Source: Octopus vulgaris (taxonomy: Eukaryota). From it: a stretch of 64,000 nucleotides of DNA. The stretch spans positions 69,936,001 to 70,000,000 of the forward strand of contig OX597815.1 of assembly GCA_951406725.2 (NCBI GenBank). The letters run 5' to 3'. Shown in pieces: positions 38,397 through 53,300 of this stretch (positions are counted from its first letter, which is position 1; every line of letters begins with the position of its first letter). Position numbers and translations under genes: made by a program. A model generated the notes under the pieces. It saw only the letters and a program-made list of their open reading frames with translations. It ran no database searches and was not told where the DNA came from.

Positions 38397-41300
38397 GACA
38401 GGCTTCTTTCAGTTTCTATCTACCAAATCCACTCACAAGGCTTTCGTCGGCCCGAGGCTAAAGTAGAAGGCACTTGTCCAAGGTGCCATGCAGTAGGAAT
38501 GAACCTGGAACCATGTGGTTGGGAAGCAAGCTACTTACCACACAGCCACTCCTGATATATATATATATATATATATATTCTTTTTTCACTTGTTTTAGTC
38601 ATTTGACTGTGGCCATGCTGGAGCACTGCCTTTAGTTGAACAAATTAACCCCAGGACTTATTCTTTGCAAACCTAGTACTTATTCTATTGGTCTCTTTGG
38701 CTGAAAGACTAAGTTACGAGGACATAAACACACCAACATAGATTGTCAAGCAATGGTGGGGGAACAAACACAGACACATACACAATGGGCTTCTTTCAGT
38801 TTCAGCCTACCAAATCCACTCACAAGGCTTCGGCTGGTCCAAGGTTTTAGTAGAAGACACTTGCCCAAGGTACCACAGTGGGACTGAACCTGGAACGATG
38901 TGGTTGGTTAGCAAGCTTCTTACCACACAGCTACACCTATATATGTATGTGTGTGTGTGTGTACACACACAGAGTTTTGCCTACCAAATCCACTCACAAG
39001 GCTATAGTCAACCCGAGGCTATAGTAAATCCATTTGCCTAAGCTATCATGCAGTGGGACTGAACCTGGGACCATGTGGTTGGCAAGCAAACTTCTTACCA
39101 CACAACCACACTTGTGCCTATAATATAGGTAAATGACTTTTTAAATTTAGTTTTGAAAAGCCAAAACAATGTGAGATATAAGAAGATAAGACATTGGTCC
39201 TAAGCACAAAATGAACAAAATACAAGGTAAAAATACAGATCATTGACTTATGATCATCATCATCATCATTTAATATTCAAGTCTTCCTGAGTCTCCCTCC
39301 TCCACAAGTTCCATCCATTTTAAGTGATCAGCACTTCTGTATACAAGTGTCTACATACATATGCATCACATGACCAAACAAGTGCAGCCTTCTCTCTTGC
39401 ACACGGCATTTAATTCATCTTATCCCCAACATTTCCCTCAGTACACTAGCACTGTCACACATTTACACTGACATTGCACATCAAATATGTATAGTTATAT
39501 TCTCATAATTACAACAGCTGAGTGAGTAGTGATGCTACTACTACTCTGAGAACATTGGAATACTATTCACATATCCAAGGCGGTATTGCTACCACAAACA
39601 CACGCACACACACATACATACAGCATTAGAATATTATTAACAGCATCATTTAGCATCCACTTTTTCATGCCTGCATGGGTTAGACGGGATTTCTGGAGAT
39701 AGATTCTCTATTTCCAGATGCCCTTTCTGTTGCCAACCATCATCTGTTTCCAAGCATTTTTCACAGAAAACTAGAAACAAACATTGCTTTGTAACACAAT
39801 GATACACATTTACAATCATTACATGATGCTAAGATAAGGCTGTACACACACACACACTACTACTCATGTATCTGGAACATTACTACAACTCCACAGATAT
39901 ACTGCATTGGAGTTATTAACCACATATTTGATACAGTTATGCTACTCCACACTCACACAAACATCCATCATATCCAAAAACTGATTTAGCAAGGGTAGTG
40001 CTATGATTCAAAAATATTTTCTTTTATTATCTCTGCCTCTTCTAACTCTGACAAAACAATATCTGCTCCTCTGAACCAGAAAATTACATCCCATTAATCC
40101 TACAGCTCCCCTTTCATTAATCTCAATTGGCTACACTCCATGTACCCAACATTATTCTCAATCAGGCTTGAAGGGTCACAGAAACTAATAATATGAAAAA
40201 AAAGATGTGTGGTGAAGTGCCTAAGCCATAGTTATGTTTAAGCACTTATGAGCATGAGTCCTTTTATTCATACTTACTTGTATTAAGCCATGTTCAGATA
40301 ACTGTGATGACTGAAAATGATCTTTAAGGAGATCTTGAGAAAAGCTGGTGTGCATCCTGTAACCTTCGGCCTCTTTTACCTGGTCCCCACACAAACGATA
40401 TAGGTCTACAATACAGAAGAAAAAAACAGTTATGAAATTAAGCACATCAAGAGTAATTAGAAATAGCAACACAATCATTATCAACACTACCACAACTATG
40501 TCTAGACTGTCACACAACATCCATATGATTAATATGGGATTTTTCAGCTAGGTAGATGCAACTTGTATACAAGATATGGATCAGTGGAGCACAACTGTTT
40601 GATCAAGTATCTTTATGTCAATCATAGCTGTGCTCAATCAAGGTTGACAAGAGTAACCCAACAACAATAATATTACAGCAAACCAAATGGTCTCTCAATA
40701 TTGCAGCCATATTTTCCTCAATAAACTCTTCTCTAGCTTTAAAATTGTGACCAAATGTTTAAAATCCTGGTTTTTATGGCAGTATCATGTTACAGTGATG
40801 ACAGGACCAGAGCCAGAATGCTGAAACATAACACATTTCATATCTACAAGACAGTGGTTCATAGTTGTGAATTGTTCTGACAAGTTTTAAAAGTAATCAT
40901 CATATCATTGTTCTGCTTAAAATCACAATATTTAGAGAGAGATTTTATTTCAAACTTGTACAACTCATGCCAAAGTGGAAAAAGAGATATTAACACTATT
41001 TTTACCATATTTCTGTTGAAATACACCGTCAATGTTTCAATGAAATTAGTAAAACAACTTTGCTGTTATTTAGCTGGTGTTAGGAAAAAAGGCTTTAATC
41101 TAGGTATCTTTTAGACAGGAAGTTTGTATCATTGAACCAAGGGTGGTCCTGAGTGGGTTGCTATCAAAAGGGTTAAAATAATGAAAGTCTATACTAGAAT
41201 GGGAAAATAGACATTAAATAGATAAATGAATGAATGTTGTAGCAATGATCCAAAATATATTATCATCACCATTCAATGCATGGGTTAAATGTTTTGTCAG

Positions 41301-44300
41301 GATCCAATGAGCCAGATGACTGCATTGGACTCCAGTGTCTGGTATAGCATGGTTTCTACAGCTGGATGTCTTTCCTAATGCCAACCACTTTACAGAGTGT
41401 ATTGGGTGATTTTTCCTGTGTGATCAGTATGAGTTAAAGTCATCAAGTAACTTGCAAGACAAAGGAAAAGCCTACAAGGGGAGGTGGCTTTATGGGAGGT
41501 GTTGAAAGATATGAAAAAGGAACAACTAGAGGAGTCTTGCTTTAGAAGAGATACATGGCTACCACACTGGAAAGAAGATAGAGATATAACGAACAAGATG
41601 TCAGAGCATAAAGATGTTTGGTCACCAAAGAAAAATATAAGTAAAGCAAAACAAAAAAAAAACAATAGGGAGAAGGTAAAGAAAACTGGAAAGAGTAACT
41701 TCCCTCATTAAGTAATACTAACTTAATTAAAGCATGCAAAATTACCTTTGAGTAATGAAGAGGCCCAGAGCTGAACATGTACATCCGGGATTTTACCAGC
41801 CAACTGCATGGCTGGAGTTACCATGTTCATGGCTTCCTGCAATAGAAAATAAACATGGCAGATGATAGCAGAGAATGAACTATTCCTAGAGAAATATATA
41901 GAAGAAATGGATAACTGAAGTAGAGCTTTACGGTGTGGATTTGTCTGGGATGAAATTTTGAAATTTGAACTAAGAACATAAAGATCTGGAAGAAATACCA
42001 CTAAAACTTCTCTCTGACATGCTAATGATACTTCTAACAATAATAATAATAATAAAGACAAATTGATAGAGTTGTTAATGCATCAGACAAAATGCCTAGC
42101 AGCATTTCTTCCAGCCCTGTTTTGAGTTCCAACACCACCAAGCTTTGTCTTTCATCTTTTCAGGGTCAATGTAACAAATTTCCCTATCCCCATTAAAATT
42201 ACTGGCTTTCTACCTGAATTTGAATCAAAACAATAATAATAATAATCTTTCATATTATAGGCATATTTGGTGAAAGGGAACAATCAATTATATCAACCCC
42301 AGTGATTTATTTTATCAATCCCGAAAGGATGAACGGCAAAGTCAACCCCAGTGGCATTTGAACTCAGAATGTAAAGACAGACAAAATGTCACAAGGCATT
42401 TTGCCTAGCAGAGTACCAATTCTGCCAGCTCGCTGCCTTAAACTCAGCAGAAAAGGTTAAAAGAAGAGACAGAAAGCAGACATTATAAGCCAAGATTTCT
42501 TATGAGTAAAAACAGGGGTGGGTATTGTTGACTGGCTCATACTTATTTTATTGATTTTGGGTAGAATGAAAGGCAAAGTTGGACCTTAATAAGATTTATA
42601 CAAAATTAACATCATCTTAAGATTTGTTTAAATATTAGAAACATAAGAAATATTTGTTTCACTGCCACATAAAACACTGGCACTGATTTAGTAACAGTTT
42701 ATAAACTTCAAACATTTCAACTTCATTCGATAAGTCACAGCTTTATTTGTTGCTGTTGAACCTAGATCAACTCTGATCCAGCTGCATCATATTGAAAGAG
42801 ACTCGAGACATGACTTTCCACATCTCAGACTACGTTATCCATGTCCTTCATTAAGACAATAAGAAACTTTAGTAACTATTTCTAGCAGGTTGAGCAGCCT
42901 TGCTGACTCATCCTGTTGTTTTTATAAGAATTTCAAGAAATTCATATGAAGTAAAAAGATTAAAAAAGTGAATTCTTTGCAACTTTTTCCTGAAATTTCC
43001 ATAATTTCAAATACAGTTTCTAATCCCGTTTTATATAATGACAAAATAATTATCTCCCTTGTAATAACTGTGCCCATTAGGGGAACCACATGTTCATACT
43101 GTTTTTGGTTTTTAAAAATAGTAGTGGTAGGTATCAGCAACTGAGTGACACTAGTATATTATCACTATATTACAATCCCTTGTCACTGCCACCAACATAA
43201 ATACAGTGAACCAATGATTGACCTGTCAGTTACTTGTAATCCCTGACACTAATGTACACCAATTGTGAAATAAAAATAATATGTCAAAAAACCTTAAACA
43301 GAAAATGTGGAACAAATTTTCAAAAATAGCAAAATAAAACAAAAATAACGAAAAATAATGATGCCAAATTATATTTACCCTGCTATTTCCTAATGATAAA
43401 AATATATGCCCTAATAAAACCAGTGAACATGATGTTAAACGATTTAAGTCTTCAGCATTGGCCATTTTCAGCGTCTCGCGTAGGTAGCGTCTGAAGAAAA
43501 AATACAAAGATAAAGAAATGTGGATTAACAAAACCAAATACAAGAAGTGAATAAGTACAACAATATCCATCTACTTTCATCTTTTTTTTCCACTTAACTA
43601 CTACCATTCTAAGTGGGGAAAAGAAAAGCATATTCTAGAAGTTCCAGAAGTTTTCCATCTTTGATGAAATGTCTCACTTCATAAAATGTTTAATAAGTCA
43701 GAGGTTATGTCATGCAGATGATCACTTCAAAAAAGAATGAAATAATGCTTCATGATAATCAATGATTTTTATGAACATTGTATGAAGTATAATCAAACAC
43801 AAATGTGAGTTCTATGCAACTTTTTCTTTAAATTTCTTCAATTTCAATTTTCTAGACCTGCATTGAATTATGACAAAATGATTTATCTCCCTCATAATAG
43901 CTGTGATAGAGGGACCACAAGTGCATGAAGAGTATGAGATGAGAAAGTCATAAATATTAAAATTTATAGAGAAGAGAAAACAATTATATGACATTCATGC
44001 CTTTCTCCAAATGAAATAAATGAAAGAAAATTGTTAAAAGAACAGATTAATGTCAAGTTCTAAATTATCTATGATGATCAGCTACAATATTTTCACATCA
44101 TAACAGCACACTTCATGTTAAGAAAATATGAACATTCAACTAATCTTTTCTTTTATATACTATTTTACATCCATTTTCCAATACCTGCATAAGCAGATTT
44201 TTTTTATTCACTGTTGGAATAATTGTTTTTACAGTTGAAGATGTTTCCTACTATTAAAAATTTAACTGTGAAGATGCAAGACAGATTTGGGGGTATTTTT

Positions 44301-47300
44301 TTTTATCAATTAGCGTAGAACAAGAGTTATGTACCTTGCTGGGCAGTATGTTACAAAGGCTAATAAAATATTACTTCCTGACTATTCAATAAGTAATCCA
44401 GTACCCTAAATTTTATAACCATTCTATTTTATCTTTGATTTTAAAGCAAAATTCAACTAAAAGGAAGATAGTTTTAAAACAATAGTTTGAGTAAATAGGG
44501 AATTGTGTGAACTTCTCTTGATCACAGTTACAAACTCAATTCAACATACCACATATGTATTTCTACATAGATTAAACATCAATATTGATTGCTTATATAT
44601 AAACAAAACACTCCATCAGTATTAATCGCTTTTATAAACACAAAACCTCATTACTGTTAATTGCTTATATAACCACAAAGCCTATATAAAAATAAGGTCT
44701 CACAGTCATACATTGAAAAGAATTAATGAAGCATGTAAAGTGAATTGGCAACTTATAACATGAAGGTATGAAACTAAATGAAGCAACTTATTTTGTTTGT
44801 CACTCATTCTACTTAATCCATTGACCTTAATGATCTCTAATATGAAGCTATGAGGAATATGTGAGATGAGTTGGTGAAATATGATCTTCATTTGTTGAAT
44901 CTCACAAAGAGACCAATACTTCTTGCAATTTGCTGTGCTTAGGAAGACACATCAAGCTAAGTGAAATCGTGATCATGGCCAGCACCGGTGACACATAAAG
45001 GGCACCCATGCCAGTAACATGTAAAAGGCACCCAAGTCAGTGACACATAAAAGGTACCCAGTGCACTCTGTAGAGTGGTTGGCATTAAGAAGGGCATCCA
45101 GCTGTAAAAACCAAGCCAAAACAAAATGCAGCTTTCCAGCTCCAGCCAAACCATCTAATCCATGTCAACATGTAAAACAGATGCTAAATAATGATGCTAA
45201 TGCCTCTCTCTCTCTCTCTCACACACACACACTTCTACCAAATTCTCTGAGACTGACCAGAAACCATGTGATTGCAAAGCAAGTTTCTTAACCTTATAGC
45301 TTATCTTCAACTTATCTAAAAAAACAATCATAATCACTGCCATCATCGCCATTTTAATGTCTACAAAGGATATAGAAAGTAATGTCTGTAGAAAAACAGA
45401 AGTGACATTCATTACCACTCTTCCTCCTTTTCTAGCTTTGATACAGCAGAAAATTAATTAACACAGCCAATTAACTTGGGAAGTAATCATTTTTCATGCT
45501 TTTTCCCCTTTAAAATTCTGTGTTTTTAAAACCTTTTTAGCATTTAAACCAGCCATATTCAGCCCAAATATTGTTTTATGTTCAAACCAGCCAGATTTGG
45601 CCTCTCATACTACCCTACAAAGTCATTCTAAAACTAAACAATCACACTGTCAAAAACTCAAAGCTTCAAAATAATGCATGATTTATTAAAAATGTCAATA
45701 AATAAGCATTGCATATGACAGAGTTATCTGAATCCTAAAGGCTAAAACCCCAAGTTTCGTTTTAAACAGCATTACTTACTTGGCTTCATTATAGCCTGCC
45801 TGAAAGAATGCCTGCAATCCACGAACATAAAATGCAGAAGCCCGTAAACTGTGCGAGCTGAAAATAAAATAAAGGAAAATTTTATCAAGAACAAATAGAT
45901 GAAAGAAACAATAAAGCAAAAATTAATCTTGAGAAAAGTTAATTTCAAGACACACCGCAGGCTTCTTTGGGGGGGCATTACTGAAGCACTTAAAATCTAT
46001 TCATTCACTTTCTTATATGTGCGTTTCTTACCAATGTGAATTTTACAGTCAGCCAGCAATGTTTTTAATTAATATTTTAAATCCATTTTTGTACATGAGT
46101 GTATTAAGCAAATCTAAAATTTTTTTTTCCCAAAATATTTCACCTGTTTTATGCTCAAACTGGCCAGCTCTGGCCTCTTACACCAACTCTACAATGTCAT
46201 TCTAAAAATTAACAGTTACCTCATCAAAATCTTAGAGCTACAAAATTATGCATGAAGCATTACTTTTGATAGAATAATGTGAATGCTAAAGGGTTAGATA
46301 GAATATAAAACAAATTTTTAAAACCACAACAATAATTTTTTTTTCTGAAAACAATACGAAATAGACATGTCAATAACTTCATTTATATTATTTACAATTG
46401 ACGGATATTTGTCCTCATCTTGTTTGTTGTTAACACAACATTTTGGCTGATATACCCTCCAGCCTTCATCAGGTGGCCTGGGGAAATTTCGAACCTGGGT
46501 TAACAACAAACAAGATGAGGACAAATATCTGCCAATTGTGAATAATGTCCATAATTCCTCATCTCTTAAATATAGAACTGTATTGTCAATAACTGTTTCC
46601 AAAAGGTTTATAGTTACTTCTAGGAAAATTACTTTTATTTACAGTTTATTTTGTATTTTTAAGTCTTTCCCTTTTTGATTCCATATATACAAGTTAACTC
46701 AGTTTACATCCATGCTGAACTAGAAACTACAAAATCCTTCAGATAACTGAAATTTGCTTGAAGCCTTGTAAACACCAGAATGGCCTGCTGATAATAGACT
46801 TTTTCTCTGAACTTTTGGATTATTTTCTCTCTTACATTTGATAAGGGAAATCACTCCCAATATGTAATAGGAACATTATTGAACAACTTATGCAAGGTAA
46901 TACAATAGCTTTTCTTTGTCTTCGTTTATTGACATCCCTTTATATATTGTACCTAACTTCATCTGCATTGCTTAAAGATCTTAAAACAATATTCTGTCAT
47001 TACAACTTTTAATATAATTTTTATTCCAATAAAATGGTTATTATACATACCCGATTCGGCTCATTACTTCACTGTCTGTTGACAACCTTCTATCTCTAGA
47101 AACAACACATTAAGAAACAATTAATGACAGCTATATAAAACAAAGGAGGGAGGTGGTTATGAAGAGAAGGGGAGGAGGAAATGATCATAGCATTAAATTA
47201 AACTTGCCATGTATATATATATATATATATATCACAGTATATGTATATACACCATTAGAAGGCCTGATGCTGTGTAATTGTCAAGATAAAATTTTTCTAT

Positions 47301-50300
47301 AGACTTCTGTTGAAAACAATACATATTCAAGCAAGATAAACACCATCAAAGCAGTGATTCACTGTTATGCACCTGATTGCCATCTGCTTAAACAATCAAC
47401 ATTACAACTGTCCTTCATTTAAATTCCATGCTAACCCTTTTGATACCAACTCACCCAAAACTGGCCTGCTTCTAAGATATAAGCTTCCTGTTTTAAGGTG
47501 ATCTAAATAAAAAACCTTCCATCCAAATTTCATGTTAATGTTCCAGATACCAGCTTAATAATGACAAATTTATTTTACTAAATTCTTTATTATTTTCAAA
47601 ATCAATTGAAGCAAAGGCATTGTATTTCAACAGAAATGTGATAACAAAAGGTTTAATACTCCTTTTGAACCTTTGTAATTCAAAACCTGCACAAAAGACA
47701 TGAGCAGGGAGAGTGCTCCAGACAGCTGACATTCTGGGATGGAAGAACTGAATGTAGGGGTTAGTGTTGGGCTATATAATTTGTAATAATTAAAGTCAGG
47801 TGTTGAAAACAACAATTTTATGATTACTTTGTATTTAAATGTGTACTAGCTTTATGAGATAAAAACTCATTAACTAAAATTTATGCTTATGGAAATAAAG
47901 AACAGTTGAAAAATATAACTTACGTGGAAGGAGAAACCTTCTGGGGTGAAACTACTGTTTCCAGAAGACTTATTAAATCTGTTTGTCTATTTGTTCGTAA
48001 ATATACAATAGCAAGGTTCAGTTTTACAAATGTTCTTAAATCTACATCGGTAGAAAGCTGCAAGTAAAAGGATAAAAGAAAAAAATGATGAAAATGAAAA
48101 GTTAAACAAAAATATTTGGGTCAGCTCACACACTCAACTAATGATGCCTCTCATCTATTTACAAAAGACAGTAAAGTAGCCATTATGTGATTGCTTGACA
48201 CCTGCTAGAAGTAGAAGCTAAAATCTATTTTGTCCACATTGTGGATAATGTAGTCTGACATATGTACTAATGATGATGATGATTTAGGTCTGAAACATAT
48301 TTAATAAGTCTGCTAGATCAGAAATGATCATGGTTCAACAACAAACCAGACTGTGGTTAGTCAAGTGAAATCAATATATATATATATTTAAAGTTAAGGT
48401 GGCAAGCTGGTAGAATCACTAGCATCCAGGTAAAATGCTTAGCAGCATTTCATCAGTCTGAGATCAAATACTACCAAGGTCGACTTTGTTTTACGTCCTT
48501 TTGGGGTCAATAAAATAAGTAACAGTTGGGCACTGGGGTTAATGTAATCCACTTTCAACTTCCTCTGAAATTGCTGGCCTGGTGCCAAAATTTGAAACGA
48601 ATATATATGTAAAGTTCACCAATTGTTACAAAATCAATGCCTGCATTTAATGTGGCAGATGAATAAATATTTCTGTTTTGATCATTTAAGCAAATCTTAA
48701 AAAGCTTATTTTCTATGAATTTTATTGAAGATCAATTTTACCTTTTGTTCCACAGAGGCAACTTGTGTGATTTGCCTACCTTACAGTTCTGTGATGAGGA
48801 AACAACATCAAAGAGAGGAAATGGCTCTTGTACCATACTCTAGTTAACACATTCAACAGATCAGATTTCTTCCAAATGAAGATTTAAAGCAGATAGTTCT
48901 ACCAATAAGAGATACTTGGTACATTTCATTTTGATTTTGTCTCAACACTGGTCCAGCAACAACAGTTGTAGCTGTTTAAACCAAGCAGATGTCTGATCAA
49001 TTGATGACATTTCAACCATCTTTTAATAAAATATACAGAGGACTACTTTAGCTGAGGTGTCCAAACATTCCATATCAAGATGTTAGAATTTGAGTTTAGA
49101 GAAATTTAGCTATTATTTCTAGCAGGTTAGTCAACCACATAGCAACTCCCTTATTCTTAGATTTATACAGTGGAGCATTATTTTACTTTGATTCTCAAAA
49201 CTGAATATCACTTCATTGAAAGAGAACTTCTAGAGCAAATAAAATCAGTGAATTAGCCCCCCCCCCCAAAAAAAAAAAAAACATAAAAAAACGTAATATG
49301 TAACATCTACAGAATTTTTGCCTAACATAAATGAAGGTTGAATTTGCAGCAGAAAACTTACTTTAAAAGCTGTATTAAACTGTGACTCTGCTGCCTCCAT
49401 ACAGTTCATAGACATAGCATAAAGGCCCTAGAAGGAGGGAAGAGACAGAAAATAATAATAAAAGTACATGAAAAGCTTTTATGTCGTGTGTATGCATGTG
49501 TTTCAATGAATGTTACCTTTATGTACAATAAGTATGTCTTATACATGAAGCTTCAACCTTAAACAGGAAAAAAATATGAAGTTGTGACATTAGTTTGTTT
49601 GTTTTACATCTATTTTTCCATGTTGTCATGGGTTAGATCAGTGGTTCTCAATCATTTTTTGCCTACAGACCCCTTTGATCCCTATTTTACTAAGATAGAC
49701 CCTCCTGGTCATGCAATGTTTAAAAATATCCTATTATATTTTTTATAATTAAATATTATCAGGAACTGTATTAAAAAAATAAAATATTTTGTGTATTGTA
49801 AAAGTATAACCAATTTATTGCAGATAAATTTTAACAACAAAATCTTATATGGACCCTCAAGTGCCCTATAGACTCTGGTTGAGAACCGCTGTGTTAGATG
49901 AATACATATAACCAAAGGATTGTTCTGCAGCTGGATGCCCTTCCCGTTGCTAATCTTTATCTGTTTTTCAAATAAGGGAGTTTCCAATCAACTCATCTTC
50001 AAGACCACAAAGCTACTGGGTAATTTGTTGATGAGGAAATGTCAACCAATAATACCATCTGCAGCTCAGCTCAGCTCAGCACAGAATGTAAAACATTCAC
50101 ACAGATACAAATATATATATATACATAAGATATGTGTGTATATGAGTTAAAACAAACAACGAAGAAATACAAAGTAACTAAAGACAGGTCACTCACTAAT
50201 AGTGTGTGTATTTGAGCTCCATGAGTTGAAAATAACCTGGGTTGTTGTTGGCAGACATTACAAGCCTGGAAGATCTGAAAGGAGACAGAAAATGTAAATA

Positions 50301-53300
50301 AATATTATTATTATTATTATAGTCATTACATTAATATTTAAAATATAATACAGTCATTATTATGGTGCTTTTCACACACACAAACACACTCATGCAACAT
50401 TAATCACTCCTGCTAACCCTTATCCATCATTTACTAGATCCAACTCTCACATTTGTTCTTCCTTCATTAAATTCACCTCCTCATCCATATCCCATCTCTC
50501 ATAATCCCATACACCCCCACAACCTCTACCCACCCACACTCCTGATTCTTCTGTTTTAACTCACTTCATAGCTCAAGGGTCCACAATCACTCCTATCCTC
50601 TTTTCTAAACTGTATGTAGTCATGTAGTTCCTCTACAGTAAGAAACCCACCCTACTCTGGCTTCTTCTTTCACACTTTAATTCCTCATCTCCTAGTATAA
50701 ATCTGTTCCTTCAGGATCAGGATTCATAGTTTTGAAAGCTGCAGGGTGACCTCGCCAGGTGCTGGTGGCACGAAAAAGCACCCAGTACACACAGTAAAGT
50801 GGTTGGTGTTAGGAAGGTCAACCAGCTGTAGAAACCATGTCAAAACCTACATCATCCTCATCAATTAACATCCGTTGTCCATGCTGGCATGGGTTGGACA
50901 CTGTAGCCAGAGTGGGTGGGGGGGCTGCACCAGAGTCCAGTATGATTTGGCATGGCTTCTACAGCTAGATGCCCTTCCTCATGCCAATCACTAGAGTGCA
51001 CTGGGTGCTTTTACATAGCGCCACACAATGTGGCCCTTGGACCCATCAGAACCTATGAAATGGTTCATCCTATACCACTATAGAACACAGTCATTAAATT
51101 ACAAATTATTATATAAGTACACTAATTTACAGAGATTTAAGGTTTGGATGACAGAATCCTAGAAATGTCTTCATAGTGCTCTGAAATTTTGCCATTATAT
51201 CAACTATAAAATAACACTGATCTAATTCCTCTTTCACTCAATAACCCAAAATATCTACAACAAGGTGATGCAGCAACTTCTGTTCTTGGCAACAGGATTT
51301 TTTATAAGTCCTTTGTTGTACTTGAGGGATCCAACAGTCAACATGAGGTATGGTTTAAAAGGCACCAGATTTTTTTTTAATCAATATTAATTAACAAGAT
51401 TCTAAGAGAATCTCAAAAGAAATCTTGCCAACAAACAAAATTTTAGAGTCATCCACATGTGAAATTCATTTCTCAGCCTATTCTAAGATAACAAACCCAC
51501 CTGATAAATCTACCATCTGATTTTGTTATATAATCCATACTTTTTCCGTGTGTGTGTGTGTGTAGTTTATTTGTTTAATGTTGGTGTTCTGTGGTAGCAT
51601 GACTCTCACTCACTCTCTCTCTCTCTCTCTCTCTCTCTGAAACTACAGAATTACACAACCCATGCTAGAATTTGACAAATGTCCATTCATTTTCACCACC
51701 CACTATTCCTTGGAAGCTCATGGGGATTTGAGTTCTGGGTTCTTCCTCCAAAGAGTCCTATCAGAAGCAAGTGTCATTACATGACTATCTAAACCAATAT
51801 GGTCGGCATATATAAGAACAAAGCTCTTTTTCTAACAGTATTATTGGCATTAACTGTTCCATATTACTAATCTCATTTTTATTGACCTAAACATTATCGT
51901 GAACTGTCCTATATCACTGTAAATGAAACACCAAAGGATACCGATGAATATAGAAAAAGAGAAAGCAATCTTGAAAAATTGGTTGACTTACTTCTTGGAT
52001 GGCAGCAGACTTACTGCCCATTATTAGACGACACATGACGATGTGTTCAAGCAGCATCAGTTGGAATGATGATAAGAGTGGATGGGCGTCCAGCACTGAA
52101 GAGGCAAAAAAAAAAAGAAGGCTTTTAAAATATAAATAGGCCAGAAAATATGTTGCATTCAGAATCTTAGGTACATTAAAAAACATCAGAAGGATTAGAG
52201 CCTAACAGAGGGAACAGCTCAAAATAAGTATTTCTTACTATTGAATCTTAGTGGAGGTCACATGACAGAAATAAGTAAAAGATGAATCTTAGGTCAGTTC
52301 CATGTAGCTTTTACAGTGCATAAAGGTTGTGCAGGGTGAATTGACTCCAGCTTTAATGCAGTTAATATTTTAAATGAGGTCTGAGAATTTAGTAGTTGAA
52401 AGAAGAAATGGTGACTGAACAGTAACAGGGGGCTGTATGGAGTGAAATGTGATTAAAGAGTTGTGCCCAGTAAAAAATGCAAAACTGAACTTCAGGTAGC
52501 TAAGGGACGAAACTCTTCCTCTACTAATTTTTTTTTTTTTTTTTAGGCAGAATTATGTCTGCGAGGTGCGGCTGAACAAGTCAGTTGGTCTGAGGTGTAC
52601 AACCAAGTTATCCACCCCGCCCATCTTTTGTTGCTTGCCCCACCACTCCATTTTTTCTCTTTCTTTGTCTCCTTGATGAGATAGTTCAGAGAGCAGAGTC
52701 TCGATAACTTCATCTTTTATTCATTTTTTTTTCTTTCTTGTTGTTGCTAATATATAAATGTATCCAATTAACAAAAAAAAATTATCAACATAGGCACAGG
52801 CCTGGTTGTGGTAGGAAGCTTGCTTCCCAACCACATGGTTCCAGGTTCAGTCCCACTGCTCAGCACCTTAGGCAAGTGTCTTCTACTATACCACTGTGCT
52901 GACCAAAGCCTTGTGAGTGGATTTGGTAGACAGAAAGTAACCCATCATGTGTGTGTATGTGTGTGACCATAGCTTGATAACTGGTGTTGGTGTATTTACA
53001 TCCTCAAAACTTAGCAGTTCAGCAAAATGAGACTGATAGAATAAGTACCAGGCTCAAAAAAAAAAAGTCCTGGGGTCGATTTATTCAAGTAAAACTCAAG
53101 GTGGCGGTCACATGACAGAAATAAGTAAAAGATAAAAGATTGATTCACAGCAATCAAAACTTTTGTAAATATTAGCAAGAAAATAATTTTTTTTTCCCCC
53201 ACACTCCTCCACATTAAAATCGCAAATATCTACAGTCATTCTTGCGCATACAAAAATATAAAATGCAAAATAATGAAAACATAATTACTTTTTAATTTTT

